From positions 1,410,001-1,442,000 of the forward strand of contig NC_017080.1 in NCBI RefSeq assembly GCF_000284115.1: 32,000 nt of DNA, in the 5' to 3' direction. The notes below the pieces were generated by a model. The model made no database searches. It saw nothing but the letters and a program-made list of their open reading frames with translations, and was not told where the DNA came from. Made by a program: the position numbers and the translations under genes. Below, one piece after another: positions 8,742 through 16,884 of this stretch (position 1 is the first letter of the stretch; every line of letters begins with the position of its first letter). Origin of the DNA: Phycisphaera mikurensis NBRC 102666 (GTDB taxonomy: Bacteria; Planctomycetota; Phycisphaerae; Phycisphaerales; Phycisphaeraceae).

Positions 8742-10772
8742 ATGACGCTCGACGCCGCCGACCGCCCGCTCCGCCTCGCCGCCGGGGTGCTCAACCAGAC
8801 CCCGCTGGATTTCGAGGGCAACGCCGCGCGGGTCCGCCGCGCCATCGACGACGCCCGCCGCCTGGGCGCGGCGTGGCTGTGCCTGCCGGAGCTGTGCCTC
8901 ACCGGCTACGGCTGCGAGGACGCCTTCCACGCCCCGTGGGTCTGGGAAGAGGCGACGCGGGTGCTGCTGGAGGAGGTCGCCCCGGCCAGCGCGGGCGTGC
9001 TCGTCGCGGTCGGATTGCCCGTGTTCCACCACGGCGCGCTGTACAACGCGGCGGCGGTCTGCTGCGACGGCGAGGTGGTCGGTCTGGTCGCCAAGCAGAA
9101 CCTCGCCGGCGACGGGCTGCACTACGAGCCGCGCTGGTTCAAGGCGTGGCCGGGCGGCCGCGCCGCGGAGCACGGGCTGCGTGGCGGAGACGGCGCGACG
9201 GTCCGCGTCCCGATGGGGGATCTGGTGTTCGTCGTCGACGGGGTGCGCCTCGGCTTTGAGATCTGCGAGGACGCGTGGGTCGCCGACCGCCCCGGCGGCC
9301 GCCTGGCCGGCCGCGGCGTCGACGTGATCTTCAATCCCTCCGCCAGCCACTTCGCCTTCGGCAAAGCCGACGTGCGCGAGGGCTTCGTCCGCAACGGGGC
9401 CCGGGCTTTCGGCGCCGCCTACGTCTACGCGAACCTGCTCGGCAACGAGGCGGGGCGGGCGATCTACGACGGCCACGCGCACATCGCCACGCCCGGGGCG
9501 CTGGTCGCCCGCGGCCCGCGGTTGATCTTCTCGGACGTCCACGTCACCGGCGCCGAGGTCGACGTGCAGACGCTGCGGGCGCACCGGGCGAGGCGCGTCG
9601 GCCACCGGCCCGACGTGGAAGGCGGGCCCAACGAGGTCGCCTGCTCCATTGCCGATCCGCCCGAGCCCGCCGCCGGCGTCCCGCCGCTCGCGACCGCGCA
9701 GGCGCCCTGGGTGAAGAAGGGCGACACGCACGTGAAGGAGGACGACTTCTGCCGGGCCGTCGCGCTGGGCCTCTTCGACTACGCCCGCAAGAGCCACAGC
9801 CGCGGCTTCGTGGTCAGCCTCTCGGGCGGGGCCGATTCCGCCGCCGTCGTCGCGCTCGTGGCCAAGGCCGTCGAGCTCGCCGGCAACGAGCTGGGACTGC
9901 CCGCGGTGGCGTCCGCGTGGGGGCTGGACCTGCCCGAGAACGCGACCCGGGAGGAGGTCGTCGCCGCCTCGCTGACGACGATCTACCAGGCCACGCGGAA
10001 CAGCGGCAACGCGACGAAGCACGCCGCGGAATCGCTCGCCGCCGGCATCGGCGCCACCCACCACCACGCCGACGTCGAGCCGCTGGTCGCGGGCTACACC
10101 GAGCGTGCCGAGGCCTGCTTCGGCCGGAAGCTCGCCTGGGAGACCGACGACGTCGCCCTGCAGAACATCCAGGCCCGGGTGCGGTCGCCGCTGGCGTGGA
10201 TGCTCGCCAACGTCGAGGGCAAGCTGCTGCTGTCCACCAGCAACCGCAGCGAGGCCGCCGTCGGCTACGCCACGATGGACGGCGACACCAGCGGCGGCCT
10301 GTGCCCGGTGGCCGGCATCGACAAGGCCTTCCTCCGCCACTGGCTCGGCTGGCTGGAGACCCACGGCCTCCACGGCGGCAGCCCGCTCCCGGAGCTGGCC
10401 GCGGTCAACGCGCTGCAGCCCACCGCGGAGCTGCGGCCGGCCGAGCAGGCCCAGACCGACGAGGGCGACCTGATGCCCTACCCGCTGCTGGACGTTTTCG
10501 AGGAGGCCGCCATCGGCCGCAAGCTCTCGCCCGCCCGCACGCTGGCCGAGGGCGTCAAGCGTTTCCCGCAGATCCCCGACGACCGCCTCCGCGTCTACCA
10601 CGCCCGCTTCTTCCGCCTGTTCGCCCGCAACCAGTGGAAGCGCGAGCGCTACGCCCCGGCCTTCCACGTGGACGACCGGAACCTGGACCCCAAGACCTGG
10701 TGCCGCTGGCCGATCCTCTCCGGCGGCTTCGAGCGGCAGCTGGCGCGGATCGCCGAGAACGGCTCCCGCTAG
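8742..10772 (+). CDS. nadE: NAD+ synthetase, glutamine-hydrolysing (nitrilase-type amidase domain plus synthetase)
   Basis: N-terminal nitrilase triad contexts (LCLPELCLTGYG, VAKQNLAGDG, GFEICEDAWV) followed by a synthetase P-loop (GFVVSLSGGADSAAVVALVAKA) and STSNRSEAAVGYATMDGDTSGGLCPVAGIDK. Confidence 0.96.
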   Translation: MTLDAADRPLRLAAGVLNQTPLDFEGNAARVRRAIDDARRLGAAWLCLPELCLTGYGCEDAFHAPWVWEEATRVLLEEVAPASAGVLVAVGLPVFHHGALYNAAAVCCDGEVVGLVAKQNLAGDGLHYEPRWFKAWPGGRAAEHGLRGGDGATVRVPMGDLVFVVDGVRLGFEICEDAWVADRPGGRLAGRGVDVIFNPSASHFAFGKADVREGFVRNGARAFGAAYVYANLLGNEAGRAIYDGHAHIATPGALVARGPRLIFSDVHVTGAEVDVQTLRAHRARRVGHRPDVEGGPNEVACSIADPPEPAAGVPPLATAQAPWVKKGDTHVKEDDFCRAVALGLFDYARKSHSRGFVVSLSGGADSAAVVALVAKAVELAGNELGLPAVASAWGLDLPENATREEVVAASLTTIYQATRNSGNATKHAAESLAAGIGATHHHADVEPLVAGYTERAEACFGRKLAWETDDVALQNIQARVRSPLAWMLANVEGKLLLSTSNRSEAAVGYATMDGDTSGGLCPVAGIDKAFLRHWLGWLETHGLHGGSPLPELAAVNALQPTAELRPAEQAQTDEGDLMPYPLLDVFEEAAIGRKLSPARTLAEGVKRFPQIPDDRLRVYHARFFRLFARNQWKRERYAPAFHVDDRNLDPKTWCRWPILSGGFERQLARIAENGSR

Positions 10773-10805
10773 GTTCCGCCGCATGGCGACGCCGCCGCGC
10801 CGCGA

Positions 10806-11699
10806 TCAAGCCGCATGCCGGCGGCGAAGCACCAGCAGGCCGGCGACGGCGAGGGCGGCCGCCGCGGCGGGCTCGGGGATGGCGGTGTAGCCGATGGTGG
10901 CGAGGATCGCGAGGTCCGCGTCGGTGTAGACCCGCTCGGTCGTCCCCGAGAAGATCGCCGGGTTCATCAGGGAGTCGATGCCGGGTTCGAGGTGCGCCGC
11001 GTCGAAGTCGTCGCCGGTGACGGCGGTCCGGTGGCTCGTCCCGTCGGCGGCGGCGAAGAAGACCGGGCCCTCCAGGTCGCTGGCGGTGCCGACGTAGTTG
11101 CCGCTGGCGTCGATCAGCGGGTTGCCATCGGCGTCCCGCAGCGACGCGTCGTAGATGCCGTAGATGCGGTCGTTGCTGGCGAAGACCCCGCTGCCGTCCT
11201 CGCCGTCGATGAGGCTCAGCCAGCCCAGCGCGTGCGTGAACTCGTGCAGCGCAACCGACCGGAAGTCGCTCTCGCCGGAGCTGATCCCCGTGGGGTCGGC
11301 CCCCGTGTAGAAGTCCTGGTTGCGGTTCCACTCGATCGAGGCCGTGTTGCCCGAGATCGCCTCGCCGCCGAGGATCTCCCGCTCGACCTGCCCGCGGATG
11401 GGACCCTCCGCCGAGGTGGAGAAGCTGTACGTCTGCCCGCCGCGGGCCAGCGTGGACGAGCCGTTGCTGAACGTGGTCACCTCGAACGACACCGTGGCCG
11501 TGTACGCGGAGAGAAGGCCCGCGAGGTAGTCGCCGGTCTCGGTGAGGGTGTCCCGCCGGGCCTGCCCTTCGGCGGTGGCGGTGCTGAAGAACGTGGCGTT
11601 GGAAGGGTCGCTGAAGTCGAAGTCGAAGACGACGGCTCCGTTGGCGGCGGGCGTGCCGGCCACGAGGAGCGAGGCGGCGAGGGCGGAGGTGCGGATCAT
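10806..11699 (-). CDS. PEP-CTERM sorting-domain protein, putative metalloprotease-like
   Basis: Signal peptide MIRTSALAASLLVAGTPAANGA, zinc-binding-like HEFTHALGW, and C-terminal IPEPAAAAALAVAGLLVLRRRHAA (PEP-CTERM tripartite signal). Confidence 0.88.
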   Translation of the reverse strand: MIRTSALAASLLVAGTPAANGAVVFDFDFSDPSNATFFSTATAEGQARRDTLTETGDYLAGLLSAYTATVSFEVTTFSNGSSTLARGGQTYSFSTSAEGPIRGQVEREILGGEAISGNTASIEWNRNQDFYTGADPTGISSGESDFRSVALHEFTHALGWLSLIDGEDGSGVFASNDRIYGIYDASLRDADGNPLIDASGNYVGTASDLEGPVFFAAADGTSHRTAVTGDDFDAAHLEPGIDSLMNPAIFSGTTERVYTDADLAILATIGYTAIPEPAAAAALAVAGLLVLRRRHAA

Positions 11700-11862
11700 G
11701 GGTGTCTCCCAGAAGGGTCGGCGGGGCGGCGGAGACTAACGCCTTCCTTGGTCCTCCGATCGGGCGGCACGCCCACGCGACGCCACCGCCGTGGCGGCAT
11801 CGAGCGACCCGCAGCCAGCCGGTGGACGATCGGACGATGAATCGCGAGCCGCGGCCGGAGCC

Positions 11863-12453
11863 TCAGCCCCGCGCCAGCGCCAGGATCAGCTCGATCTTCC
11901 CCACGTGTTCGCCGGTGCGGGCGGCAATCGCCGGCGGGTCGAGGCCTTCGGTGGCGAGGCGGCTGACCTCGGCGCGGAGGGCGTCGGCCGCGGCCGGCGG
12001 GGGGCTGGGCGGTGGCGGGCTGGGCGGTGGCGGGGCCCCCGAGCCGATCGCCGGAGGAGCCGCGGGCCCGGCGGCCTCGGGCGCCCGCGCCGCGGCCACG
12101 GCGGCTGCGCGCGTCGCCGCGTCGAGCCGGTGGATCACCCGCTCGGCTTCGTCCAGCAGGGCCTCCACGCGCGAGGCCTTGTTGTCGAGCTGGGCCCCCA
12201 CGCGGCGGGCCATCTCCTCGATCGCGATCGAGACCGCCTCCAGGTCCTTCCGCTGGCCGTCCTTCAAGCGTGCGTCGGCCCGGGCGTGGTCGAGCCGGTC
12301 GCGCGCGGTGGTGGACGAGGCGGCGCCGCGCTTGCGGTTGCGGAGCAGCGTCATGAGGCTCGCGATCACCAGCAGGATGCCGCCGACCAGGAGCGCCTGC
12401 ACCCACACCGGCTCGCCGCCGTCCGCTGACGCCTGCGCCAGCACGCCGGTCAC
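11863..12453 (-). CDS. Hypothetical protein with one transmembrane segment and a Pro-rich linker
   Basis: GTG start at 12453 overlaps the upstream stop (GTGA). Sequence includes EPVWVQALLVGGILLVIASLMTLLRNRKR, a helical region, and C-terminal AARTGEHVGKIELILALARG. Confidence 0.6.
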   Translation of the reverse strand: MTGVLAQASADGGEPVWVQALLVGGILLVIASLMTLLRNRKRGAASSTTARDRLDHARADARLKDGQRKDLEAVSIAIEEMARRVGAQLDNKASRVEALLDEAERVIHRLDAATRAAAVAAARAPEAAGPAAPPAIGSGAPPPPSPPPPSPPPAAADALRAEVSRLATEGLDPPAIAARTGEHVGKIELILALARG

Positions 12454-12929
12454 GAGGACGGCCCCGCCGACAGCAGCGACCGCGACGCCGCCTCCGCCGC
12501 GAGCATCACCACCCGGAACGGCACGCCCGCCGCGGCCGCCCGCTCCGCCACGCCGTCCGCCTCCGGCCGGGCGAAGAGCCGCTCGCGGCCCAGCGTGCCG
12601 AGCTTGACGGACACCGGGCCGTACACGGTGTCGACCTCGTGGTGGGAGCGCTCCACGACCGTCCGCTCCCAAGCCCGCCGCCGCACGCCGAAGCTGCCCG
12701 TTTCCCGCAGCAGCGCGATCGAGAGCCGCGCCGCGTCGGCTTCCCGCACCAGGGCCGAGACGATCGTGCCCGGCCGCCCCTTCTTCATCTGGATGGGCGT
12801 GAGCCAGGCGTCGAGGGCGCCCGCGGCCAGGAGCGCCGCCGCGGCGTGTCCGAGCGTCTCGCCGGTGGCGTCGTCCACGTTGGCCGCCAGCTCGACCACG
12901 GCCTCGGGGGTGTCGGCTCCGGGTTGCAT
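12450..12929 (-). CDS. LarC C-terminal-domain (LarC2/DUF111-like) protein
   Basis: Sequence VVELAANVDDATGETLGHAAAALLAAGALDAWLTPIQMKKGRPGTIVSALV...FGVRRRAWERTVVERSHHEVDTVYGPVSVKLGTL matches the LarC nickel-pincer cofactor protein C-terminal region. Only about 160 aa, with start ATG at 12929. Confidence 0.85.
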   Translation of the reverse strand: MQPGADTPEAVVELAANVDDATGETLGHAAAALLAAGALDAWLTPIQMKKGRPGTIVSALVREADAARLSIALLRETGSFGVRRRAWERTVVERSHHEVDTVYGPVSVKLGTLGRERLFARPEADGVAERAAAAGVPFRVVMLAAEAASRSLLSAGPSS

Positions 12930-13000
12930 GGGCCCAGCGTACGGGGCTCCGCTTCGGTCACCGGAGCGGCTCGGCCTCGGGAAGAGCCGTCGGCGGAGCC

Positions 13001-13726
13001 TCAGTGCGTCAGCGCATACGCCAGGATGTTCACGTTGAGCTTCCGGGCGCTCTTGATCTCGTTGCCGCCGCAGCAGCAGCAGTCGTCGTCGGCGAACTCG
13101 GTGTCGTTGAGGCCGTCGGGGCTCCAGAGCAGCACGACGCGGCCGTCCAGCGAGATCGTCCGCAGCTCCGGCAGGCGGTCTCTGCCTTTCTTGTACTTCG
13201 AGAGGTGGACGTCGTAGACGGTGTGGAAGGCGGGGTGGTCGGCCTCGAGCACCTCCAGCTCGGCGTCGGGGAAGATCTGCCGCACGGCCTCGCCGAAGGA
13301 GGCGTTCCAGGCGGTGGACGAGCAGCTGGCCGAGCCGACCAGGAAGCCGCCGCTGGTGAGGTAGAGCCGCAGGTTCTCGACCTCGTCGTCGGAGAGCCGG
13401 AAGCGGCCGTCGCCGGACATCACGCTGAAGGGGTGGTTGAACAGGTCCGGCGAGCCGGCCTGCACGGCCTCGAAGCCGCCGGTGGTGGCGACCTCGCTGT
13501 CGGCGGAGATCTGCCGGAGGAAGTGGTCGGCGAAGCAGGTGCTGGTCTTGCCGCCGCCGTAGATGAGGTTGCCGCAGGTGACGACGCCGGGGCCGGCAGG
13601 CTCCTGCTGCGCGCCGGCGGGAACGAAGAGGACGGCAGCGAGAAGCAGCGCCAGAATCCGCGGACCGTGGGCACAAAGCGGCCAAGCGTGCGACGGTCCG
13701 CGGCGGCGGGGGGCGGGGTGCTTCAT
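13001..13726 (-). CDS. DUF4159-like exported protein
   Basis: Start ATG 13726 overlaps the upstream stop. Signal-like N-terminus ILALLLAAVLFVPAGAQQ; conserved-looking VENLRLYLTSGGFLVG, EVLEADHPAFHTVYDV, LDGRVVLLWSPDGLND; CCCC near the C-terminus. Confidence 0.75.
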   Translation of the reverse strand: MKHPAPRRRGPSHAWPLCAHGPRILALLLAAVLFVPAGAQQEPAGPGVVTCGNLIYGGGKTSTCFADHFLRQISADSEVATTGGFEAVQAGSPDLFNHPFSVMSGDGRFRLSDDEVENLRLYLTSGGFLVGSASCSSTAWNASFGEAVRQIFPDAELEVLEADHPAFHTVYDVHLSKYKKGRDRLPELRTISLDGRVVLLWSPDGLNDTEFADDDCCCCGGNEIKSARKLNVNILAYALTH

Positions 13727-16700
13727 GGGGTGGTTTCTGCGGAGGAGGTGTCGGCCTCGTCGGCGAGGCGTTGGAAGTAGGCGGCGGCGTCGGCCCGGTA
13801 GCGGGGGGCAACGCCGGCGGTGCGGGCGGAGGCAGCATCCGCGGGGGCGGACACGCCGGCCTCGATGGACTCGGAGAACACCTCGCCGGCGAGCGCGACG
13901 CCGCCGGCGTCGCCGGGGCCGCGGCCGGAACCGGGGCCCGACCCGGCCCCGTCCACGGGAACACCAGCGAGCGCGGCGTGGACGCCGGCGAGCGCCGCGG
14001 CGGTGGCCGCGCCCGGGGCGAGGCCCGCGGCGGAGCCCGCGGCACCGGTGCCGACCCCGCTGCCGCTGGCGAGGAAGCCCGGCTGGCCGCGGCCGGTGCC
14101 GGTGCCCCGCCCGCCGGGACCGGGTCGGGGCCGGCTGCCGGCCATCTCGTCGAGCGCCGCCTGCATCTGCGCTTCGGTGAGCGTGAGGCACACGTCGTCG
14201 CAGGGCTGGCCGGGGCCGACCCGCACCTGTTGCACCAAGCTCGCGAGGGCGGTGGCGATCTCGGCCGTGGCGGCGGCGGCGGGACCGGCGCTGCCCGAGG
14301 CGGCCGAGGCGATGGCCTCGTCGAACGCCGGCTCCAGCGCGAGAGCTTCGACGGCGTCGGCGATGTCGGCGGCCTGCGCGGACAGCTTCGGGACGCGTTC
14401 GACGGAGGCTTCCGCCGCTCCACGGAGCGCGTCGATCGTGACGTAGAGCTCTTGCTCCAGCGCCTCCTGCCGCTCGGCGACGGCGGCGTACGCGGCGTCC
14501 CGCTGCTCGCCCGCGGGCTTGCCGCGGAGCGCTGCGGCCTCGTCGGCGATGGCCCGCTGCTCGCGGATCGAGGTCATCAGCCGGTCGCGGAGGCCGAAGA
14601 GCTCGTCGGCGGCGGCGAGGCGCCGCAGGTCGTGCTGTGCAGGAGTCGCCGCGTCGGATGCCGGCCGCAGGGCGTACGCGCCGTCGGCGAGTTCCTCGCT
14701 GGCGGAGGGGCCGGCGGGATCGGCGGAAGCGCCGACGGAGCCCGGGGCGCCCGGCGCCTGCGGCGGGCCATCGGGTGCCGGCTCCGCCACGTCCTCCTGC
14801 TCGCCCGCGGCCCGCTGCGCCGCGGCGGCGAGGTCGCGGATGGCGTCCGCCGTTTCGCGATCGCCGGCGGCGAGGGAGGCCTCGAAGCCATAGCCCTTGA
14901 GCCGGTCGGCCCGCTTCTCGAAGGCCTCGGCCAGCGCGTCCGAGGCGGCGGTCAGGCGGCGGAGCGCGGCGGCCGCGGCCTCGCGGTCGGCGGCGAGCGA
15001 CGCGGCGTCTCCGCCGGCCTCCGCGCGGGCGGCGAGGCCGGCCAGCGTCTCGGCGAGCCGCTCCCGCTCGGCGTCGAGCAGCGACACCGCGTCGTCGAGG
15101 GCTCGCTGCTCTTCGAGCAGGTCGGCGGCGCGGCGCTGCTCGCGGAGGAGCTCCTTCATCTCCTCGTCGGAGACGATCAGCACGCCGAACTCCGCGGGCT
15201 CGGACCGCTGCGACCCGCCGAGGGCGGTGGGGCGGTTGTCCTCGGCGACCACGCGGCCGCGCACATAGTCGCCGGGCACCAGGCCCATGGCGGCGGGGAT
15301 GATGGAAACGCCGGCCGTCGCGTCGCCGGGACCGGCCAGCGGCGAGCCCTCGATCGCGAGGTCGCGCTCCGGCGAGAGGCCGGGCCGGGCCGCCTCCTCC
15401 GGCGCGGCGAGCACGCCGCGCTCCTCGGCGTAGCCGGCGCCGGCCACGGCCACGTCGTCGCGCAGCGACAGCGGCACGTCCAGCGTCTGGCTCACCGCGA
15501 GGCGGACGACCGGCGGCTCGAGCCCGACGGCGGCGACGGGCGGGGCGTCGGGCACGGCGTCGATGCGGAGGCGAAGGGCCTCTGTGGCTTCGCCTCCGGC
15601 GAGGGCGGAGGCGAGGGCGACGCGGAAGTCGCCGCTCTCGGTGACCTCCGAGCGGTGGATCGCGCGGGTGGCGCCCCTTCCCTCGACCCAGCCCGCAGTC
15701 GGCTCGACGCCCGCCGGCCCGGCGGAGATCTCCGCCAGCGGCACCCGCGTCTCCACCGCGATCTCAACCGTCGTGCCGGCGAGCGCCCGGAGCTTCAGGT
15801 GCGGCGGGAGGGTCTCCGCGTCCTCGGCGTCGGGGACGAACGGCGCCGGGATCCGCACCGTCTTCGCCGGCCGGCCGGTGTACGCCGGCGGCGTCAGCGT
15901 GACGGTGCCGCCGACGACGCGCGGCGAGACGTCGACCGGAAGCGACACCCAGCGCCCGCCGCCCAGGTCGCTCTCGACCCGGGCGTGCAGCGTCGCGGCG
16001 ACGGGCGCGGCGACCCGGCCGCGGAAGCGGCGGACGCCGGGCTGGTCCTTCTCCGACGCGCCGCCCCAGGCCACACCCACCCGCGTCAGCGGCACCGGCT
16101 CGGCCGCGTCGCCGAGGATCAGCGAGGCGCGGACGGCCGGCCGCGACCTCTCGCCGGAATCGTGCTCGGGTGCCAGCCCGAGCATCGAGACCCACCACGG
16201 CCACGCGTCGCGGATCGTCACCTCCAGCGTCGCGGGCTCGCCGGCGACCAGCGGCCGGCGGGGCTCCACGGCGAAGGCGTGCGGCGTCCAGCCGGGCAGC
16301 TCGGTGAGCGGGCGGACCATCCGGCCGAGAGACACCGCGGCGGCGGTCGGCAGCAGGACCACGAAGAGGGCGGCGAGCAGCAGCGTCTCGCCGAGCCAGC
16401 CGCGGGCGCGGCGGGCGGGGGCAGTGTCGGCCAAGGCGGCGGCGTCGCCGAGGCCCGCGGCCGCGGCGTCGCCGCGCTTGATGGCCCGGCGGCGGAGCCC
16501 GGCGGCGCCCGCCGCATCCGGCCGGGCCAACTCGTCGGCGCCGCGGAAGCGGCCGTCGCCGCGGACGCCGGCTGCCCGCTCCAGCGCCTCGACCCCCCGC
16601 TCCGCGGCGTCGCGGTCATCCGCGGCGAGCCGCCAGCCGGCCCAGCCCCCCGCGACCATCACCGGCAGCGCGAGCAGCCGCAGCGGTGCCGGCACCGGCA

Positions 16701-16884
16701 GCGCCAGGTCGAGCAGCAGCCATCCCAGCAGGCCCGCCGCGGACCCCGCCGCCGCGCCCCAGGCCCGTGCCGCGAGGCCGATGAGGCGGACCCGGGACGC
16801 GTACGCCTCGGCCGCCGCGTCCAGCCGCGCCGGCCGCGCGACGGCCGCCTCGGCTCCCATCGGATTCGTGTGCGCCAGGGTCAT
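13723..16884 (-). CDS. Large hypothetical membrane protein (planctomycete MoxR/VWA-cluster type, DUF4175-like)
   Basis: Start MTLAHTNPMGAEAAVARPARLD at 16884. Two to three N-terminal TM segments (LLGWLLLDLALPVPAPLRLLALPVMV; LLLAALFVVLLPTAAAVSL), long Ala/Glu-rich helical C-terminus, overlaps neighbours by 4 bp. Confidence 0.75.
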   Translation of the reverse strand: MTLAHTNPMGAEAAVARPARLDAAAEAYASRVRLIGLAARAWGAAAGSAAGLLGWLLLDLALPVPAPLRLLALPVMVAGGWAGWRLAADDRDAAERGVEALERAAGVRGDGRFRGADELARPDAAGAAGLRRRAIKRGDAAAAGLGDAAALADTAPARRARGWLGETLLLAALFVVLLPTAAAVSLGRMVRPLTELPGWTPHAFAVEPRRPLVAGEPATLEVTIRDAWPWWVSMLGLAPEHDSGERSRPAVRASLILGDAAEPVPLTRVGVAWGGASEKDQPGVRRFRGRVAAPVAATLHARVESDLGGGRWVSLPVDVSPRVVGGTVTLTPPAYTGRPAKTVRIPAPFVPDAEDAETLPPHLKLRALAGTTVEIAVETRVPLAEISAGPAGVEPTAGWVEGRGATRAIHRSEVTESGDFRVALASALAGGEATEALRLRIDAVPDAPPVAAVGLEPPVVRLAVSQTLDVPLSLRDDVAVAGAGYAEERGVLAAPEEAARPGLSPERDLAIEGSPLAGPGDATAGVSIIPAAMGLVPGDYVRGRVVAEDNRPTALGGSQRSEPAEFGVLIVSDEEMKELLREQRRAADLLEEQRALDDAVSLLDAERERLAETLAGLAARAEAGGDAASLAADREAAAAALRRLTAASDALAEAFEKRADRLKGYGFEASLAAGDRETADAIRDLAAAAQRAAGEQEDVAEPAPDGPPQAPGAPGSVGASADPAGPSASEELADGAYALRPASDAATPAQHDLRRLAAADELFGLRDRLMTSIREQRAIADEAAALRGKPAGEQRDAAYAAVAERQEALEQELYVTIDALRGAAEASVERVPKLSAQAADIADAVEALALEPAFDEAIASAASGSAGPAAAATAEIATALASLVQQVRVGPGQPCDDVCLTLTEAQMQAALDEMAGSRPRPGPGGRGTGTGRGQPGFLASGSGVGTGAAGSAAGLAPGAATAAALAGVHAALAGVPVDGAGSGPGSGRGPGDAGGVALAGEVFSESIEAGVSAPADAASARTAGVAPRYRADAAAYFQRLADEADTSSAETTP

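Noticed and set aside
7272-10784. 1170-aa minus-strand ORF
   Set aside because: Covers nadE in antisense and has low-complexity composition. nadE motifs on the + strand are decisive.
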